DNA of 60,450 nt, counting the filler, from Hausera hauseri (taxonomy: Eukaryota): assembly GCA_046269625.1 (NCBI GenBank). It is 11 parts of 11 records of this genome, joined end to end, with 100 filler letters (N's around TTAATTAATTAA, not from the genome) between each part and the next. Parts side by side here need not be neighbours in the genome. Positions count along the whole stretch, not along the records: positions 19,305 to 24,223 come from JBJURY010391368.1; positions 24,324 to 28,403 come from JBJURY010774425.1; positions 28,504 to 36,722 come from JBJURY010723213.1; 8 more parts are not named here. One strand, 5' to 3'. Below the pieces are notes generated by a model. It was not told where the DNA came from. It was given only the letters and a program-made list of their open reading frames with translations, and did no database searches. The position numbers and the translations under genes were made by a program. Shown here piece by piece: positions 21,606-35,162 of this stretch (positions are counted from its first letter, which is position 1; the number at the start of each line of letters is the position of its first letter).

Positions 21606-23920
21606 ACGGTGGCTGGATGATATGAATCATGAAAACAAAGTTTTTCGACGTCCGTTTGTGGAGCTATGTGAATTATTCTTAACAGTATATGTCAGAATTA
21701 TGTAAACTGATTTCAAACGAAAAAGGGGAACCAATCGTCGGACGAAGAAGCTATAATATGGTTTAAAACGACGTTTATGAGGAAGGTGAACCCTATCGAT
21801 GAAGTAATCGAATTGGCCGACATGTGTCAGAAAGAAAGAGAAGACTTTTTGACATTAGAAATCAGGGGGCGCCATGCAATGGACAAAGTTTTTGAGTTGA
21901 ACGAAGGAGAATTTGTTCAAGAAGTTCTGAGAAAACGGATAAGCTTAAAAGTGCAAAGAGAACAGTTTGTTTTCAAACCCAAAAATGATGATGGAAGAGA
22001 TGAGGAAACAGGTAAAAATTTAGGAAGATAGCCAAACTGTAGAACAGTAAAGAGAAGTGGCTCCAGTGAAGAAATCCTTCGGGGTGTAGTAAAGGCTCCC
22101 AATAGAAATTTCGAAAAAACAACATAGGTGAAACCCAAAGAATATGAGAGAAAACCGTTCATACGTAACAGTGTAACAGAATATCCAAAAAATAAAGGTT
22201 TGAAAAAAGATCGATGAACAACAACATTACTCAGGTTAAGAAACCACCTTTCCGTGTGATCACAGAGAAGAGAGGACAGGCTACAACGCACTCTGCCTAT
22301 CATGATGCCAGTAAGTTCTACTGCTGCGAAAAATTGTTACAATCGCCGAAAGCTAAAGTGCTATCTAAGGATGATTGTTATTGCCGTTAAAAACATGGAC
22401 ACATTAGAAGAAAGTGCCCTTTAAACAACATATGTTTAATATGTGGAAAAGTGGACACGGAATTAGAAACTGTTTCAAATTACGACAGGTAAATCCGATG
22501 TATGTGGAAGAAATGTATGAAGACCATGGGGTGAAATTGCACACTACGAAGACGACATGTAGAAAACTTGAAATACCAGAAACTCTGCTGTAAGCATTAC
22601 GTCAGTGGAGTTGGCGTAAACAATTTACAAAATCGAGATGCAGCAATGGTAGTGGGGAAAGACGGACGGTGATGGAGTAAAGTAAAGTTGAACAAGTGTA
22701 GAATAGAAATTTTGTTGGATAGTGTAGCAGTACTCTGCCAACAAATAGGAAATGAAGAAAAGGTAGTAGAGTATGCATCTAAAACACTCTCATCTTTTGA
22801 GAGTTACAAGAAAGGAACTGTTGGCATTACAGGAGTTTATGTTGCATTTTAAACAATATGTGTATGGTAAGCACTTCATGTCTAGAACTCATCATAAAGC
22901 GTTGTAATATATAAAAACCGCCACAAAACCAGTAACACCGCAATTCCAGACGTGGCTTAAAAACATGGCAGATTTTAATTTTACACTATACTATAGGAAG
23001 GGTGAACAGCAGGAAAATGCAGATGGATTATCGCGATTTTATGAAGATATATGTGCTCAGTGCCAAACAAGACGCGCTAATCCGAAAAAGGGCGCGTGTA
23101 AAGCATATTGATTTATTTTTGGTCATGTCAACCTTTCAATGGATAAAAGACGAGTAAGAAAAATGTACAGAAATACAACAAGTAAAACGTCGATTAGACG
23201 GCTCAATAGTGCAAAACGTACAAATTACGAAGGGAATTCTCAGTATAATCGATAAATTGGAAATGACGGACGGTTTCCTGGTATATAAAGATCTGAACCA
23301 CAGATTACCAGTTGTTCCAAAAATATGCGTAAAGATTTCATCCGGAAGATACATGTGGATTTATGCCATCTGGTTATGAGGAAGACAAAACGTATATTCA
23401 GCATCACTTCGCAGGCCCGGGTTTATCAAAAGAAGTAAATTTCATTGGAAATTGTGAAGAATGCTTATGTCCGAAAATCTCAAGAAAAAAGACAAAAGAA
23501 AAGTTCATTCCTATTAATGGTGATAATTTTCTGGACCAATTGGTAATGTATGTTGAGTAAATTGGAGAAAAAATAGAATGTATTTGTATATTTTGATTAT
23601 TATTGATCAACTTTCGAAATTGGTGAGTTTAACAAAAATACGGACGCCGAAGTGAAATGGACTCACAGAATTGGAAAGCCGAAGTGAATCTTGATTGATA
23701 ACGGAAGCAAATTTGGAGTTTTGCAAAGAATAGGGAATTAAACAAATATTCAGCAGTCCGATTCAACATCAATCTAACGGTTTGGCAGAAAGGGTCATCC
23801 GGACTGTTTGGGATATGCAGGTAACAAGTGCAGCAGGAACGTTGCGTACAGCATGCTGGAAATCACTACCGAAATTGGAATTTTCGATAAATGCCACGAG
23901 TAGTTGTAAAATGACTGGAT
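21606..23920 (+). mobile_element. Highly decayed Gypsy element (gag remnants, RNase H, integrase)
   Basis: VVEYASKTL, KELLAL, YRKGEQQENADGLSR, SP.QHQSNGLAERVIRTV. Confidence 0.8.
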
Positions 23921-24323
23921 GGGGCCGGCCCTTCATTTTTTTAAAAAATTTTCATTCGTTCGCCACCGTTTACTCATGAAATTTTTTTAAATTTTGAAAA
24001 ACCGACCCCATTCAGTCATTTTACAACTACTGTCAACACTTCAATTATATGTGAATGGGAAACTCGATTGAAGAAATTTAAAGTGTATATTAATTGTTAA
24101 CATAATTTGAATATTATAAAAATGGCGTTTCAGTTAAATGAAAGCAAACAAAAAAATCAAAATAAAATTGATGAAATTTAAATTATATATTAATTATTAA
24201 GATAATTTAAATTTTATAAAAAGNNNNNNNNNNNNNNNNNNNNNNNNNNNNNNNNNNNNNNNNNNNNTTAATTAATTAANNNNNNNNNNNNNNNNNNNNN
24301 NNNNNNNNNNNNNNNNNNNNNNN

Positions 24324-24695
24324 TTCTCCAGTGGAAAATGCCGAATAATGGGATATAAGAAGCCCATTGATCCGTGTAGTTTGCCCTACAATATATCAAT
24401 TGTGGGAATACAATCAGTTACAGTTACATGCGATTTTTGCAAGCCAATAGATCTAAATACATTGGCTCAGAAAAATCCAAGGTGTCTCTATGAGCCAAAA
24501 TTATTTCCGGCACTAAGATTAACTTCTTATAATCCCCTATGCGTAAATGTGTTTCATACGGGTAAAACTGTTATTACCCGTTTAAAGGATTTAAATTATA
24601 ATGATTTTGTTAGTTATGTTCTAGATAATATATTATTATCGACTTATGACTCTTCAAAAAGTAACACGTATACAAAAACAACTATAATAACATAA
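24324..24695 (+). CDS. Divergent TATA-binding-protein-like protein (5'-truncated by scaffold start)
   Basis: Frame open from 24324: FSSGKCRIMG (end of repeat 1), then CD....IDLNTLA....CLYEPKLFPAL.......VNVFHTGKTVIT, compared with TBP YEPELFPGL..LIFVSGKVVLTG. Confidence 0.8.
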   Translation, partial: FSSGKCRIMGYKKPIDPCSLPYNISIVGIQSVTVTCDFCKPIDLNTLAQKNPRCLYEPKLFPALRLTSYNPLCVNVFHTGKTVITRLKDLNYNDFVSYVLDNILLSTYDSSKSNTYTKTTIIT

Positions 24696-24708
24696 AAACA
24701 ATAACAAG

Positions 24709-24957
24709 CTATACCAACTGTACATGATCAATCTTGTACATCACCTTACTCTTCCTCTTCTTCAATAATATTGATTTTAATTTCGTCTTCACCACATTCA
24801 CTGTGTCGACAATATTCGCAGCAGTCCTCAATTCAGTATCTTCAATCTGATTAGCTGCATCAAATTGAATACATGTATATTCTGCAACATTTTCAAAATA
24901 CTCATCAGCCTGTTTGCTCATATCAGTTATTGGTTTATTGTCCATTATGTAGGTCAT
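24709..24957 (-). CDS. Small hypothetical protein convergent with the TBP-like gene
   Basis: 82-aa ATG-initiated ORF ending 13 nt from the TBP-like stop. Basic C-terminus (KKRKSK). Confidence 0.4.
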   Translation of the reverse strand: MTYIMDNKPITDMSKQADEYFENVAEYTCIQFDAANQIEDTELRTAANIVDTVNVVKTKLKSILLKKRKSKVMYKIDHVQLV

Positions 24958-25479
24958 GTTCTATACTTAGCAATAGTTTATACACCAAATTTTAATGCGC
25001 TTTTGTTTTAATGCATCAATTAAAGTCAATATATGGCGACGCCAAATTTAATGTTCTCAACCATGGGGAATCGAATGGTGTCATTAGATTCTTCGAATAA
25101 TGCATGCTTGACCGAGTTTTCGAGTTCGAGTAGCTAAGTATTCGACTTGTAAGCTCGAATTCAAGTATCTCATGCCATATTCCGATTCGGCATACATGAC
25201 TTCCTATCGCGCCCCGCTTATAGATTTATCGATTTCCGCTTCACTGGGCTTTAAATGCACATTTTGCTTAATTCGAAATATTGATTTTGTACCTATATAT
25301 CACATTTTCATTGAATAACTTTAATGCATAAGAGGGTATTCGGACATGGCAAATCGATTGCCGTTGTTAGATTTTTCGAAACGTTCGATATTTGAGCCAA
25401 AAAGTTTTCGAATTTCGAATATTCGACTCGATATTCGAGATATCCATACTCGAGTTCCTATCTGTCCCCGCTAAATGTT

Positions 25480-25850
25480 ATATCAAATTTTGACTCCTTA
25501 GGACCTAAAAATACTATGGGAAGTCTGCGCCAGTTGCACTTTGGATCGATATTATTCAAAATCCACTCGATCGATTTAAAATTTAATTGCACATTCACAT
25601 AGTGCACCGTATTTCCAATCGATTGCATCCAGTCACATGTGCTAATCATCAATATTGGAAGTACCGGAAAACCGATATTATTGATTTTTGAACACTTAGA
25701 CATGTGCTCCGCATCTGCACAGTGCATAACAAGATGCATCTCTACATGTTCTATCCATTAGCACTTGCCAGACCGATTCCATCAATCCTAGATCGTACAG
25801 CTACCAAAATGTGAAACGTGTAAAAGTGCCATGGCAACAGTGCCCAAGGG
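25480..25850 (-). mobile_element. Maverick-type subterminal repeat (outermost ~120 bp missing)
   Basis: Aligns with 20335-20705, e.g. ATATTGGAA..CCGATATTATTGATTT and GTGTAAAAGTG. Confidence 0.65.
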
Positions 25851-26701
25851 TGTTTGACGTCTAAACGGGAATGGAAAGAAGTTTTTACACCAGTAGAAGC
25901 CATTGATAAACTAGTTAGTCAATTTCGTGAAAATTCGCCACATATTTGGCAATCAAATTCCGCCATCAATTTTGATAATATGTACATGAAAGTTAAATTA
26001 TTCCAATTTGTTGATTTGCATTATTTGAATGCCAAAAAATATTGTTTTGAAAGTAACAAAAGTTGGATATCCGAGATTTATCGGTGGATATTTATGGATT
26101 TCTCAGTCTCGTTGATTTGAATCATCCATGTGCCATTTCCAAACATTTGATTGTTTATGAATCATCACCGATATTATTAATATTATAAACTTGGTCTTCG
26201 TAAAGGCATCAACGTTTTGATTTGTTTTAATATTCAATAAACTTTTTCGACTTTAAAATTGTAAACTTTTTCTAGCCATATTTGATGTAGAAATGTTTTG
26301 ATGTATACTCGTGATTATCAAATTGGAATTTTCTCAGTTTTGATTTTTACCTAAACGACATTGAAACTTTACAATTACAATTTCAATTTCTATGCGACTT
26401 TTGGTTTCTTCTCCGGATTTACAACCCTTTTTTATGATGATGGAAAATTTGGTGACTGAATACAGAACAAAGAAGAGACACCTGTCTACTCAAAGAAACT
26501 AATAAAGTGACTCCTGCATTTTGCTTCGTCAGTAGCATATCCACCCAACAATGGTGTTAGAAAATATACCAGTTTATTTCGTGCCGCACTGACAAAGATT
26601 TTTTCACGAAGGTAACATTTTTTTTCCATTGCAAATTTTAAACAATTGATCTGCACGTTAGACGGTCTTTACAAAACCATTGTTTTATAATTGCATGTAC
26701 A

Positions 26702-27290
26702 ATGAGTAAAGCTACAAAAAACGACGATAATCTTTTTTCCATTGCTGTTTTAATCGATGAGTTAAGAAACGATGATAGTCAAACGCAATTAATAAGTATT
26801 AAAAAGCTTCCTACTGTTGCGTTGGTCCTTGAAATGGAAATGCCAGGACAGAGTACGATTGAAGCAGACCCAGAATCGACTGGATCTATTGAGTCATTCA
26901 GTAATAAGTCGATATCTACACTGTTAAGTGAGAACAAAAATGAACCACAAATGTTGTATTCGTTATGATCTAATAGAGCTGCGGTCGAATCATTTAGTTT
27001 TGGTGCAACATCCGGACATACTGGAAACACAATATTGACACAAATGTCTCCTGAAGTTATTGAACATGAAGTAAAGACTTGGCTGGTCAGTCGGTCGCAA
27101 TCATCTGAATTTCACGAGTACAAGTCATTTATAAGACCCATTTCCCATTATCAAACATTAATGTTATTGTTGCCAATCAAAAAGGAAACATTCCGATTAA
27201 ACAATGCAAAAATGCTACTAAATATCCTGGCGCGCATGTTCTCGATGATTCTGCGTGGGTTTAACGTAGCCGCAGTGGCACCATCAAGAA
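26702..27290 (+). pseudogene. PPP2R1: PP2A scaffold (A/PR65) subunit fragment
   Basis: [34 protein letters not shown] compared with [34 protein letters not shown]. Disrupted afterwards. Confidence 0.8.
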
Positions 27291-27459
27291 AAGTTCAAAT
27301 GTCAAGTGAATGTAACCAAATAAATTCCAAAACATAATTTTCATTAGAAGAGGAATTAAACAATTTCAGAATTCAGCTTTTGGTTTTATTGAAAACGAAC
27401 GTAAACCATAGAATAATCTGGTAAAAGCGTGCAAACAATTCCCCATTGAGAATCGGAAA

Positions 27460-27830
27460 TTGGAATATTTTGAAATTTCCGATAAGTACGGGCCCATCGT
27501 TAAAAATTACACCACAAAATTACGGAATGTAGTCACAAGTGTCAGCAGTGAGGAGGTAAAGGTGTTGCTTATTGGACAATACAATGTCGGTAAATCAACG
27601 ATCATCAAAGCCATGCTTAGTAACAGATTGGTCACCGTGTACAATGGGACGACAACCAGTTGCTTCGTTGGTATTCAGCAGTCTCAGAAACTGGAAGTGT
27701 TACGGCAATGAGGAGGAAGTGTTCAACAAAGTGGGAGGGAGTGAATTGGAATTTATTAGAATGCAAAGGAATCGTAATATTTGCCCAGGTATGTTTGTAT
27801 TTATGAATCAATGTGACAAATTGACGGCGA
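27460..27830 (+). pseudogene. Dynamin-superfamily (mitofusin-like) GTPase fragment
   Basis: P-loop KVLLIGQYNVGKSTIIKAML...GTTTSCF and later G4-like FVFMNQCDKL. Internal deletion and frameshift. Confidence 0.65.
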
Positions 27831-29002
27831 CGACGACAAGTATGATTATTGTTATTTTCCGAAACATGTTTCGTCACCAAGTCACATGGTACATCAACAC
27901 TGTCCGATTTAATGCTGAATGGATTCAATGAATACAACGAAAGGAGCTTGTTCGTTGACCGACACATGTCACCGAAGTCATAATGTTTTATCCGAATCGA
28001 CTTTCAGAATGTTGAGCTCTTCATCATTCTTATTATTCCATTCGTCATTTTCCAAGAACATTTTCAGCAGGTATTATGCCATTCTCTATTCGATAATTTG
28101 GTTGAAATTCGCGCAAAAATCTGGATGATTTAATAATGTATTGTTTGTGAATCTGTGAACGTCACTTATTAAACATAAAACAATTCCACTTTCTTTTTCA
28201 ATCGGATTTGGTAACGTTTGATTCAACATGAGAGCTGAAAAATATTTGTACAAAACGGAATATCGAACGCCACTTGAACTTGTGGATGCATTTTCTTTAT
28301 TGTAATAATTTGCAATATTGTTGTATACGTCACCAAACCGAACAGACTGATTATGGGACTCTTTAACGAATGATTTCAGAACATCATGTATAAATAGATT
28401 AGGNNNNNNNNNNNNNNNNNNNNNNNNNNNNNNNNNNNNNNNNNNNNTTAATTAATTAANNNNNNNNNNNNNNNNNNNNNNNNNNNNNNNNNNNNNNNNN
28501 NNNAAGTTGTCATATTTCAATTTATAGTATTTATAACTTAATATAAAACATTTATTTTATTTTGTTTTCCATTCAGAAGTGTACTAATTATCCAATGTAC
28601 TGCGTCTCGCACATACATGCGGAGCAGAAGCAGTGCCATCAGCAGATGGCTAAATATTAAACCGTTGGCACGGACTCATATTTGTGCCAAACGCGCGGTA
28701 GTATTTCGGCCCCTTGTCAATTTCCCGACTTTTATGCGATGCACATACATCAACTTGGCCCGTTTACGCGTGCAAAGGTGATAGTTGTGCATTGTCCCAC
28801 ATACCCGCGATACGGTAGTAGTAGAGTTCATGACGTTGATGGTTGCCAGTGTAATTTAGTACTATGGCGCCACAACGGTGCACGGTAAACAGGCCTACGT
28901 TTGTCCCGGTTGTTCAATAGTTGATAAAATCAACTATGAACAATTTTATAACCAGCACAAGGACCACTTGAACCAGTTTCAGCAGTCCAAAAAGGAAATA
29001 GT

Positions 29003-30630
29003 GATGGCGACAAGAAAAACCAGTATCCCCTCAACAAGCATGAAACGTCAGGCCTCAAGAAGTCTTGACGAATGCATCCGAAACAGTACCGAACAGCAGC
29101 TGATGAAACAGCAGGAACCTTCCATTACTGTCAAGTACGATCTAAACAAATCGTACGTGGACTTGAAAGTAAACATGTCGGGTACAACAACACTACAGCT
29201 GAGACATGTTCCGTCCGGTGTGCACAGCCGGTTGGAATTAGAGGTGGAGAAATTCAAACGCAACAACTGCAAGGTGCAATATTATGCACTTGCAGAATTT
29301 GAAAACGTTGTAGGTGGCAGGAAACAATGTATCTGTCACATCGAGCCGTACCGTATTCGGAAGATTTTATTGCCGATGTAGGCGAAAAGTTGGATGAGAC
29401 AATAGCCAACTATACCGAAAAGGGTAGTGGATGGCGAATTGTACGAATTGTCACACTCGGCTTTATCGTAACAAAGTCAAGTGACGTGGTATATTTGTTT
29501 GGCCGGTCATTTATGCCGACATCATCTCTAAAGCAGTCTGTGGCGTTAGTGAATGTACAAAATACTGACAACGAATACTGTTTTTTGTACAGTATTTTGG
29601 CTGTATTGAAGTACAGCAAAGTGAACAGATATGTAAATCGGCAGTATTTTTCCGAATTGCAATTTGATGCATGTACATAACTTATCGCAGTCGGAACCAG
29701 AATGGATGCTAGGTAAATTTGTTGCTGTTGGAACAGGCCGAGAAATTTCATTACGTGGCAGTGACAAATCTGGATAGACTGCTGAACATGGAACATGACC
29801 AGTTTATCAGAAAGCGAATACGATGCAAATGGTTTTCTGTGTCTGCATGGATTTAGGTCAAAAACATGGGAGAAGCACGTGACACTGCAAGCAGCATTCA
29901 ACGGGAACAACCATGTGCGTCATGCCACTCAAGGGGCCCCGATTCAGTGACTGGTCGAAAACGGAGAGTCCGGCATATGTCGTATATGCCGATATTGAGG
30001 CAATTCTACCACTGCGCATGTATGATCAAAAACACGTTCTAATCGCCGTTGGTATGTTGGTTGTCCCAATAAAAGTGGTCGGTCAGTCGCAGTATTACGC
30101 CTTTCACGGCTGGAACTGTACGTGATTTCCTGCAGCAGTTGAAAATTATAGCCAAAACTGAAATCGCACCCTGGTACAATAGAAGTAGCAATAACCCTTG
30201 ATGTGGACGGGTGAAGATGAACGCCTGACGTTTGCAGTCACAGATGAATTGTACCTGTGCCGCACTGGAACGGCTCGTACCGGATCACGATCATTTTACT
30301 GGTCGATATTTCGGAGCAGCATGTAATTCATGCAATTTGGCAAGGCGTGTGCGGCCATTCTTACTGGTGGTATTTCATAACTTCAGGGGTTATGATTGTC
30401 ACCATGTACTGAAATGGGCCATTAATAGATTTCCCCACTGGGAACTGTCAGTAATCCCAACAAAAATAGAGAAATACCTGTCTCTGTCGGCACGTATAAA
30501 CCGGTTCCAGGTACGCTTCCTTGACTCATTGTAATTTCTTAATGGGTCTCTAGCAAAACTCGTAAATGTCTTGCCGGATGTGCCGATAACATTGACGCAA
30601 TTTCCTACATTGCGTTTAGCAAAGGCTGGT
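29003..30630 (+). pseudogene. Maverick pPolB N-terminal/exonuclease region with endonuclease VII-like motif
   Basis: EKGSGW, NVQNTDNEYCFLYSIL, YVVYADIEA, DHDHFTGRYFGAACNSCNL, VVFHNFRGYD, RFLDS. Confidence 0.9.
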
Positions 30631-30769
30631 AAAACAACATTGCTGTTTCGTTGAACTTTAAGCCCATGTTTAATTGACTTAAAGTATTACCGAGTTTTGC
30701 AACATTTTCACTCGATAGCTGCTTTACACGATAACTGTATATTCAACAACACCGGATTATTTAAAGAAA

Positions 30770-31300
30770 TCTGTACGGGCATTTGCAGATAATGCATTTC
30801 ATACTTTCCAAAACGTTGCGTCGGTAAAAATGTCGGTGTTTGATGCATGGGCTTTAATTTTCGTTTCTGTATTCCATTAGTCATTCGCACTTGTTTTAAT
30901 TTAGGCATTTCTAATTGTTGGACAGGTTCTATTTTCGGTTCCAGACTGTTGACATTAGAATTGTTGCCACCAAGCACTCGTGACAAATCGGAACACTCAT
31001 CATCATCACCATTGAGTATTATCGCTCTATCTTCATCTGACATGCGTTTACCACCAATAGTTCTCCCTTGCCGTTTTAATATCCGTTTTACTAATTGTTG
31101 GGCAGGGTTCGGTTCCAGGCATTTGACATTGTTATTCTTGTCAACCAATTTGTACTTTCGTCATTGTCAGAATTATTATTGAGCAGAATCGTTTTATCGT
31201 TGTTTTTCATCGTAGTAATGTCTGAGCGAATGAGAATGATATTTATAGTCCATTGGCCAGAGTATATTACTTTGATTCAGTAAAACACTTATGTGGTGTT
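30770..31300 (-). pseudogene. Opposite-strand Maverick accessory ORF region replacing the pPolB C-terminus
   Basis: ORF 30708-31148 lies on the minus strand between the truncated pPolB and the ATPase. Confidence 0.35.
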
Positions 31301-31762
31301 TAATTTGATTAATAGTCGTCTCTTAGTTTATTGACCGAATCCCCAATACGACAATTATTCCACTGCTAAACACTGACAAAGCGGGCGAAAGTGTTAGTCG
31401 CAGTGCAGGAAACAGTTCGCGCTCAAGTACATTCGGTAACCATTGCTAATTTGTACAGATTAATTGATGGTGGTGGGGGTGGTGAGCAATTTAACTGAGT
31501 CGTTGCCGTTATTAATTGAATTTGGTCATGACAATTCCGAATGGTAGATGTCTATAATTTGTGATTGGTTTGCGACAACTCATAATACGACAATTTCCCG
31601 ATGGAAATATGATGCATGTAATATTCGGTGGACATTTGTGGACATACTGCCTCGACTTCCATTGATTAAACGGCAGTGTATTAATACACTCAGTAACATG
31701 TCCGTGGTAGTTAATATTGGCTATTCATGCTGCACCTATTTGTGTTTGTGATTATAAGCAAA

Positions 31763-32390
31763 ATGTATGAGAAATGCATTAGCAACGACATGAAGCTGCA
31801 TAATAGTGCCATTCTCCAGATTGTAGACCCCAGTGGAAGTGGCAAAACGCATTTTGTTTGCAAATTGCTGCAGAACTACCGTGACATTCCAGTCACCGCT
31901 GTTCAATCACATTTACTGTCCTCAGGGCAGTGGTGATGATGGAGAGTCCGGTTTGACACATCGGGAATTTTGTAAACTGAAATCGATAACGATAATTGAT
32001 GGGTTTGATGAGAACTGGTCTGAGCGATTACGCAACGGTGACGTTATTGTCATTGACGATTTATTTCAAGAGGCAACGAAACAAACCTGTTCACGAAGAT
32101 TGCACGCCACCACGGTGTGACGGTTATTTTCATTACGCAAAACATGTTCCATCAGGGCGGACAGCATTGAACATGAAATCTTAACGTATACTATTAGCTG
32201 TTCAAAAATACCCGTGATCAGACTTTCATTTATTATGTTACACGACAAGCCTTTCCTCACAATTGAGCCTACTTGTTAGATGCGTGTTATGATGCCACCA
32301 ACAAGGCGCATGGATATCTGTTTATTGACATTACACAACAGTATCCCAATGACATGCGTGTACGAACAGACATTTTCAATCAGAAAGGTG
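31763..32390 (+). pseudogene. Maverick packaging ATPase (A32/FtsK-like)
   Basis: Walker A-like IVDPSGSGKTHF, Walker B VIVIDDL, YDAT...HGYLFID. Confidence 0.9.
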
Positions 32391-32627
32391 TGTCTAAACA
32401 AATTCGAAATCGACATAATTATGATAAAAATGAAAATTTTCCGAAAAACGATTGTTAAACGTAAACCTACCAAGCGGATGTCCGGCAAGAAACGTGTCAA
32501 AACGAACCACTACGGTCAAGCGATGGATTTTGTGCTTCGAACAACAGCAGCAGCAACTAGACGCAAATTACCGTCAGTGGCAACGGTTATAAACAACTAC
32601 GTCTCATCAGCATCAATACGTCCAAAA

Positions 32628-32937
32628 ATGCGATTTAAACGTAGTCAGCCGTACTTTATTGCTTTGCTCAAGGCACCTACAAGACATGCGAAACAAGCTA
32701 CGATCATTCCCGCAATTTGTAGTAGACGATTTGATGGAAATTTTGTACAATATTGTTGTGGGTCACGTTGACATTGGTAGTGGAAAGCGGAATTTACTAA
32801 AGTATCGAAAACGACTCATGGGCCTTGCCAACGCTCGTAGTAAACGACTGAAACGATAGGTCATGTACCAGCAAGACGGAGGATTTCTTGGTGCAATTCT
32901 GTCGATTGTCACGTCAGTACTGCTGCAGCATAGTATA
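32628..32937 (+). pseudogene. Maverick small virion protein with QxGGFL motif
   Basis: EILYNIV.GHV....L.KY+..L..LA followed by QQDGGFLGAIL. Confidence 0.6.
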
Positions 32938-33039
32938 AATAATGACAGTATGTTGTGATTTTTGATATGGGTGCATGGTTTTCATCTTTCTGCCCCAGTT
33001 TACCGAATCTTTCATTTATGTTTCGTTCAAATTGTTGTA

Positions 33040-34100
33040 ATGCAAGCAAAACCGGCACCATTGACAACACCAACGGCAACGATGGGTGCCGTGTGGTTCG
33101 ATGCGCGTCATCCCGTCGGGTATAGTAGCGTCAACAATCTGACAAAGACTGTCAAACAGACTCGGCAACAGACCCAACGTTGGCTCGGGAAGCAGTTAGC
33201 ATACAGCCTAAACAAACCGATATGAAGGTGGTTTAAAACTCGTGCATACCGTTCTGCCGCTGTAAAGAACGTATGGCAAATGGATCTGAGGGAAATGATT
33301 CTGTACGGCAGCATCAATGATGGGTATCGGTACGTGCTGACATGTATTGATGTGTTTAGTCGTTTTGCACGTTCAATTGCCGTGAAATCTAAATCCGGTA
33401 AAGAGATTGCCGTCGCTATCTAGACACATACAACAACAACCGAAGCAATTACAAACTGATTCGGGTAAGAAATTCTACAACGCCCACGTAGCAGCGGTCT
33501 TGAAACGGTTCGGTGTAAACCACTACTCCGTGTTTTCCAAATACCAGGCTGCACTCGTTGAACGATTTAATCGAACATTGCGCGGTCGCCTAAACAAATT
33601 CTTTACGAAGCAAGGCAACAAGCGCTGAGTACATGTACTGTCGGTATTATTAATTCATATAATCATTCGACATATCGTGGCATCAATGGATTACGGCCGC
33701 TTGACGTAATCGATGATTTGGACACGCGGCTTTATCAAAACCGAACACAACGACAGGCAATTAAATGCCAAAAGTATAAAATCGATACTTACGTTCGTAT
33801 TTCAAAAATAAGTACGACGCCATTCATTAAGAATTTCAGTCAGAACCGGAGCGACGAGGTTTTCTGCATTTCGGCAATCAACACAAAACAAGCACCTGTA
33901 ATGTAAGTTTTAGAGGATGAAAGTGGTGGGGAAATACGCGGTAATTCTATGAACAGGAACTGCAGGTACTGCCCGAAAAACCCGATGTATATCGTATTCA
34001 GGAAATTCTACGTTCACGTGCCAAAGGTTCGAATAAACATCTCGTCAAGTGGCACGGTTACACTGCACCGAGTTGGATTTTTGCATCACAGATTCAATGA
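33040..34100 (+). pseudogene. Maverick retroviral-like integrase with C-terminal chromodomain-like region
   Basis: WQMDL, YVLTCIDVFSRFA, LQTDSGKKFYN, AALVERFNRTL, LVKWHGY...SW. Confidence 0.92.
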
Positions 34101-35105
34101 GCAGCAGCAGCATTTTCTTGGTACTTTATAATAACAGATCATAATAATGATAATACCATTAAACAGTTTACCATGCACTTGGATTAACCGGTCGATTTAC
34201 GCCAGGGAGCTTGGGAAGTGGCTTTGACGTAATTCACATTTACATTTTCACCAATGACAATACGTCAGAAACGTACCCGATTTCAAGTCGTTTGCGAACA
34301 ATCTGACGCAATAAACGATATATTTTTTGCAATTATTCGCGAGAAAATTTCTCGGTTTATGCTTATTTTTTAAACTACCGTATGAATCTAATGCATCGAA
34401 ATCCCATTGAAATGCAGTTTAATTATATAGCTGATGCTCAGGCATGGGGTTTTCAATCAGTCAATATACACTCAGAATGTCTACGGCTAGGTGGACGTTA
34501 TAATTGGTGAAAAATTGGACCTTTCATCCAATGCGGAATCCGACATAGTAAAGTGGACTAAGTCAGAATCAGTCTTCCTCTTATATATTACACCACACGA
34601 TTTATTAATGGAAACGAAACTGGAATTGTGTGAACACGTCAAGAAAACGGCTACATTTGCTGTAAAGACATGTGAAATAAACGCAGATGGTCATATTTCG
34701 ATTATACTACATGACAATGTTACATATTTTGTCTTTGATGAATTATTGCCTCGGAATTTGGGTTTTTAAAACGCGAATTCTATCAAAACATTGTTGAACG
34801 ATCTATTGTTGCCAAATACAAACCACAACTCTGGAGCATTTCATGGAATCAACCTTTTAACGAACTTAACCGAATCCACACTCGTTGGTGGAGAACGTAA
34901 ATAACTACCGGCTTCTATCGAACTGGATTCTGACACGTACAAAACATCGGGTGAAACTTTTTGCGTTAATATGCTCAGACCCATGTACTTATCACTGTCT
35001 CAATATTGTGCACAGTATTTCCGTGTATATGCTTGATAAATTTTGGGAACCCATTAGATTTCTGGGTCAACGACACATTTGACGTTACATTTTCGACGTC
35101 GTCGT
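34097..35105 (+). pseudogene. Maverick minor capsid (penton-like) paralog 1
   Basis: Starts at an ATGA overlap with the integrase stop. DNTI..FTMHL..PVDL..GAWEVAL at the N-terminus and ISVYMLD.F.EPIRF at the C-terminus. Confidence 0.6.
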
Positions 35106-35162
35106 TAATAAACAAACTGCTTCATCACTATCATCATCATCATTATCATCATCATCGAGTTC

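Noticed and set aside
35120-35160. Poly-His ORF (35006-35230)
   Set aside because: A (CAT)n microsatellite between the two minor capsid genes.
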